Source: the human T2T-CHM13v2.0 reference genome, Homo sapiens. Taken from it: a stretch of 64,000 nt of DNA. Below are positions 59,292 through 64,000 of this stretch, piece after piece. The notes beneath the pieces are model-generated. The model was given only the letters and a program-made list of their open reading frames with translations. It made no database searches and was not told the DNA's origin. A program made the translations under genes and the position numbers. Each line of letters starts with the position of its first letter. The stretch's first letter is position 1. The stretch lies in NCBI RefSeq assembly GCF_009914755.1, contig NC_060927.1; one strand, given 5' to 3'.

Positions 59292-60112
59292 ACAGACACT
59301 TCTCAAAAGAAGACATTTATGAAGCCAAAAAACACATGAAAAAATGCTTATCATCACTGGCCATCAGAGAAATGCAAATCAAAACCACAGTGAGATACCA
59401 TCTCACACCAGTTAGAATGGCGATCATTAAAAAGTCAGGAAACAACAGGTGCTGGAGAGGATGTGGAGAAATAGGAACACTTTTACACTGTTGGTGGGAC
59501 TGTAAACTAGTTCAACCCTTGTGGAAGACGGCATGGCGATTCCTCAGGGATCTAGAACTAGAAATACCATTTGACCCAGCCATCCCATTACTGGGTATAT
59601 ACCCAAAGGACTATAAATCATGCTGCTATAAAGACACTGGCACACGTATGTTTATTGTGGCACTATTCACAATAGCAAAGACTTGGAACCAACCCAATTG
59701 TCCAACAATGATAGACTGGATTAAGAAAATGTGACACATATACACCATGGAATGCTATACAGCCATAAAAAATGATGAGTTCATGTCCTTTGTAGGGACA
59801 TGGATGAAGCTGGAAACCATCATTCTCAGTAAACTATCACAAGGACAAAAAACCAAACACCGCATGTTCTCACTCATAGGTGGGAATTGAACAATGAGAA
59901 CACATGGACATAGGAAGGGGAACATCACACATCGGGGACTGTTGCGGGGTGGGGGGAGGGGGGAGGGATGGCATTAGGAGATATACCTAATGCTAAATGA
60001 CTAGTTGATGGGTGCAGCACACCAACATGGCACATGTATACATATGTAACAAACCTGCACAATGTGCACATGTACCCTAAAACTTAAAGTATAATAATAA
60101 GAAGAATAATAA
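59292..60112 (+). mobile_element. 5'-truncated L1PA (PA4/5-like flanks), ~0.8 kb
   Basis: ORF2 C-terminus and 3'UTR; TSD aaagaaaaacta at 59280-59291 and 60113-60124. Confidence 0.94.
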
Positions 60113-63100
60113 AAAGAAAAACTAGAAAATAACTTGTAACAAATAAAAATAAAAACATAAAACACCAAAACTTATGAGATGCAGCAAAAGCAGACTACAA
60201 GAGACATTTATAGTGATGTATCGACATTGAAAAATAAGAAAGATATTACATAAGCAATCTAAGTTTACACCTCAAGGAATTAAAAAAAGAAGAACAAAGT
60301 GTTCACAAATCTAGCAACTGGAAGGAAATGATAAAATTATAACAGAAACCGAGGACAAAGAGAGTAGAAAAAAATAAACAAAACTAAGAGTTCGTTTGTG
60401 AAAAAGATAAACAAGTTGACAACCCTTTTTCTAGACTAACTGGAAAAGAAAGACTCAAATAAAATCAGAAATAAGAGAGGAAAATTCAGACATTATAACT
60501 GATGCCACAAAATTTAATGAAATGATCATAAGATACATGTATGAACAATTATACACCAAAAAACTAGATAATCTAACAGAAATAGATAAACTTTTAAAAC
60601 ATACACCCTACCAAAGCAAAATTATCAAAGTATAGAAAGTCTGAAAGACCTGTATGTAGTATGAAGTTTATAGTAGTAAATAACAAACTTCCATTTTAAA
60701 AAAGCCCAGGACCAAATGGCATCACTGGTGAATTCTACCTAACAGTTAAATATTTTCATTCCTTACTGTTTGAGGATTGTTTTTCAACAATCTCAAACTT
60801 TTCCAAAAATTCCAAAAATTCAAGAGAAGGGAACACTTTCAAACTAAATTTATGAGGCCTGCATTACCCTAACACCAAAGCCTGACAAAGACACTACTAG
60901 AAAATCAAACAGTGGGCCAATATCCCTGATAAATACAGATGTAAAAGTTCTTGACAAAATACTAGTAAATGGAATTCAACAGCATCTTGAAAGGATTATA
61001 CACCATGACCAAGTAAGATATGTGAGTAGGATGCAAAGATAGTTCAGCATACCAAAATTAACTAATGTGATACAACACATTAACAAATGGAAAGATAAAA
61101 ATTATACAATCATCTCAATAGGTACACAAAAGTATTTGATAAAATTTAATACCTTTTTATAATAAAAACTTTCAACAAAACTAGGATTGGGAGGAAATTA
61201 CCTCAACATAATGAAGACTAAATATGACAGTCCCACAGCTAGCATTTTATTTAATAATGAAAAATTGAAAACCCTTTCTCTGAGATCACAAACAAGGCAA
61301 GGATGCCCACTCTCACCACTTCTATTCAACACAGTACTGAAAGTCTTAGCCAGAGGAATTAAGCAAGAACAAGAAATAAGGGCTATGAAATCAAAAAGGA
61401 ATAAGTGAAATTGTCCCTTTACACATGACATGATCTTGTGTATAGAAACCACTCAAGACCCCATTTAAAAACTTTTAGAAATAATAAATGAATTAAGAGA
61501 GCTTCCAGGATATAGATTCAGTATTTATATATCAGTTGTATTTATATACACTAACAACAAATTGAAAAGGAAACTGTGACAATAATTCCATTTACAATAG
61601 TACAAAAAAGTATGATTAAAAATAAACTTAAGTAAATGAGCAACTTATAAACTAAAAACTAGAAAATAGTGATGAAAAATTAAACACAATCCAAATAAAT
61701 AGAAAGATATATTTATGAATTGGAATTTTTAATATTGTGAAATTGTCCATGCTAACCAAAGCAATTTATGGATTCAATGCAATTCATATCAAAATCTCAA
61801 TAGCAATTATTTGTTAAAAAACCTAAAATTCATATGAAACCAAAAAAGGACACCAAATAGCCAAATAAATCTTAAGAAAGAGCAGCAAAGCTGGAGGCAT
61901 CACATTTCCTGATTTCAAGCAATACAAAGCTACAGCAATTAAAAATAATATGGTACTGGCATAAAGACAGACACACAGGTCAGTGGAACAGAATAGAGAG
62001 CCCAGAGAGAAAACCACACATATACAGACAACTATATTTCAACAAAGTTGCCAGGAGTACACAATGAAGATAGGATAGCCACCTGAACAAATGGTGTTGG
62101 GGTAACTGGAAATCCATATGCAAAAGAAAAATGTTTAACTTTATATTACATTACAAAAAATCAATTCAAAGTAAAGACTTAAACATAAAATCTGATAAAA
62201 TCTGAAACTGTAAAACTTATAGAAGAAAACATAGCATAAAAACTTTATGACATTGGCCTTGGCATTACTATGATCTCACATCTGTTAAGATAGCTATTAT
62301 CAAAACAAAAAAGGGCCAGTCTTAGTGAGGATGTGGAGAAATTGGAAACCTAATATACTGCTGGTAAGAATACAGTATGTGATTCATACAGCTGGTGAGA
62401 ATGGTTCCGCCACTACTTAAAACAGCATGGAGGCTTCTCAAAAAATTAAAAATGGACCTACTATATAATACAACAATTCCACTTCTTCGGGGTATTTATC
62501 CAAAAGAATTGAAATCAGAATGTTCAAGAGATATTAGCACTCCCATATTTATTTGCAGCACTATTTGCTATAGCTAAGAAGTGAAAGCAACCTAAATGTC
62601 CATTGATGGATGAATGATGACATATACAAGAAATATTATCTAGCCTTAAAAAAGAAATTCTGCAATGTGTGACAACACGAAGAACCTGGTGGACATCATG
62701 TGAAGTGGAATAGGTTAGTCACCAAAGGACAAATATTGCATGATTCCACTTATACAGTTAAATTTATAGAATCAAGGAGTGGAATGGTGGTTGACAGGGC
62801 TGAGAGGGGGAAATGGGAAATTGTTAATTAATGGTATAAAATATGATTTATACAATATAAGTTATAAAGGTCTTCTGAACAACATTGTGTGAATAGTTAA
62901 CATTATGTTTTATACACTTACACTTACAATGTATTAGGAGGAGAACTATCATATTGTGTTTTTTCCACAATGAAATAAATTTTTTAAAAAATTTATGTTA
63001 ACTGTGCAGATTTATATGTCTAATCATGGTAAAGTGAGAATATTGATCCATTGATCCTGGTTTAATGAATATCTCATATAAAAGTATATACAATGAAAGC

Positions 63101-63968
63101 TACATACATATATATGTGTATGTTTGTATATTGGTTTACATATCTAACATTTCAAAATTTTTAGACCTTTAGGTATATGACAAATTAATCTTCCTGAATA
63201 AACGTGGAAAGCCTCAGTAATTTTGATGATGACAATAAGTTATTTGTACGCTTTTGGTAACTTGGTTTTAGATTAATTTGAACCTAGCTATGGGTTGTCT
63301 TTCTGAAACACAGAGGGTAGTTGATACACTGAGTAGCCTCTCCATGTAGTTACTGTTGTAAGTTTGAAAATGGGTTTGTTTCATAGATTAGAATAATGTC
63401 TCTCCACAGATTCCCTTTAGTTCATTTTAAAGGTTCCTACCAAACATATCTATGTTAGCATCGTTTCAAGTTTCTATCTAATGTGCTAAGATAATAGAAA
63501 AACTGGAAAATGAGGGATGTGTTTAATCTGGATTCATAGTACTTCTTGTGTGACCTTGCTAGAGGAACCACTCCTATTTTTTCATATTCTAGTACTTTCT
63601 CCATTTTTATTAGTACATCATTGAGAGATAAACATAGGGATATCACACAGATATTTATATATTTATTTTGTGGTCATCTATGGAGATGAGCTAGATCCCC
63701 TCCCAATGAATAAGCTGAAAGTTTAGTCTGATAACATTGCACACCAAAAAAGTACACAGCAAAGTTTAGTACTCACACAAGAGAAACCTAGGGAGAGGAG
63801 GACAGGCACAAATAAGTCCAGGCTGCCTTGAGTTAGGTATTTCAGTGGTTAGAGAGTACACTAGAGAGTCAGCAACAAAGGGATCCTAGGGGCACAGGCA
63901 TTCTTACCAGCTTGCCCAGATACCAGGCAGAGGGGGAGTGAAGAGGTGGCCATGAAAGCTGCCAGCAC

Positions 63969-64000
63969 CTGAGCGCGGTGGCTCACTTCTGTAATCCTAG
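63969..64000 (+). mobile_element. Alu 5' end (runs off the window)
   Basis: gagcgcggtggctcacttctgtaatcctag. Confidence 0.8.

Overview
Human genomic DNA, identified by a consensus-like AluYa5, which is human-specific. It is AT-rich, intergenic or deep-intronic, and well over half transposable-element sequence. I see no supportable host protein-coding exon, RNA gene or prokaryotic-type system. Nearly all long ORFs in the track are LINE-1 ORF1/ORF2 pieces or their antisense shadows. Main contents: a twin-primed (5'-inverted) L1PA4/5-like element (4.0-8.3 kb); a ~720-bp inverted duplication carrying a hAT (BLACKJACK-like) transposase fossil plus an L1 stub (9.3-11.3 kb); a tail-less L1 with a MER11 solo LTR and an Alu inside, abutting a half Tigger1; a near full-length L1PB with an internal 26-bp VNTR (21-29 kb); a young AluYa5; and a three-level nested L1 stack (49.8-63 kb). 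That stack contains a full-length L1PA3-like element with the 129-bp ZNF93-target segment and an open, extended antisense ORF0. The most notable observations are the inverted duplication, apparent gene conversion between two inverted L1 3' ends ~9 kb apart, and the 152-aa ORF0. I did not find convincing evidence of a new biological system. Subfamily names come from recalled consensus features and need RepeatMasker/Dfam confirmation.
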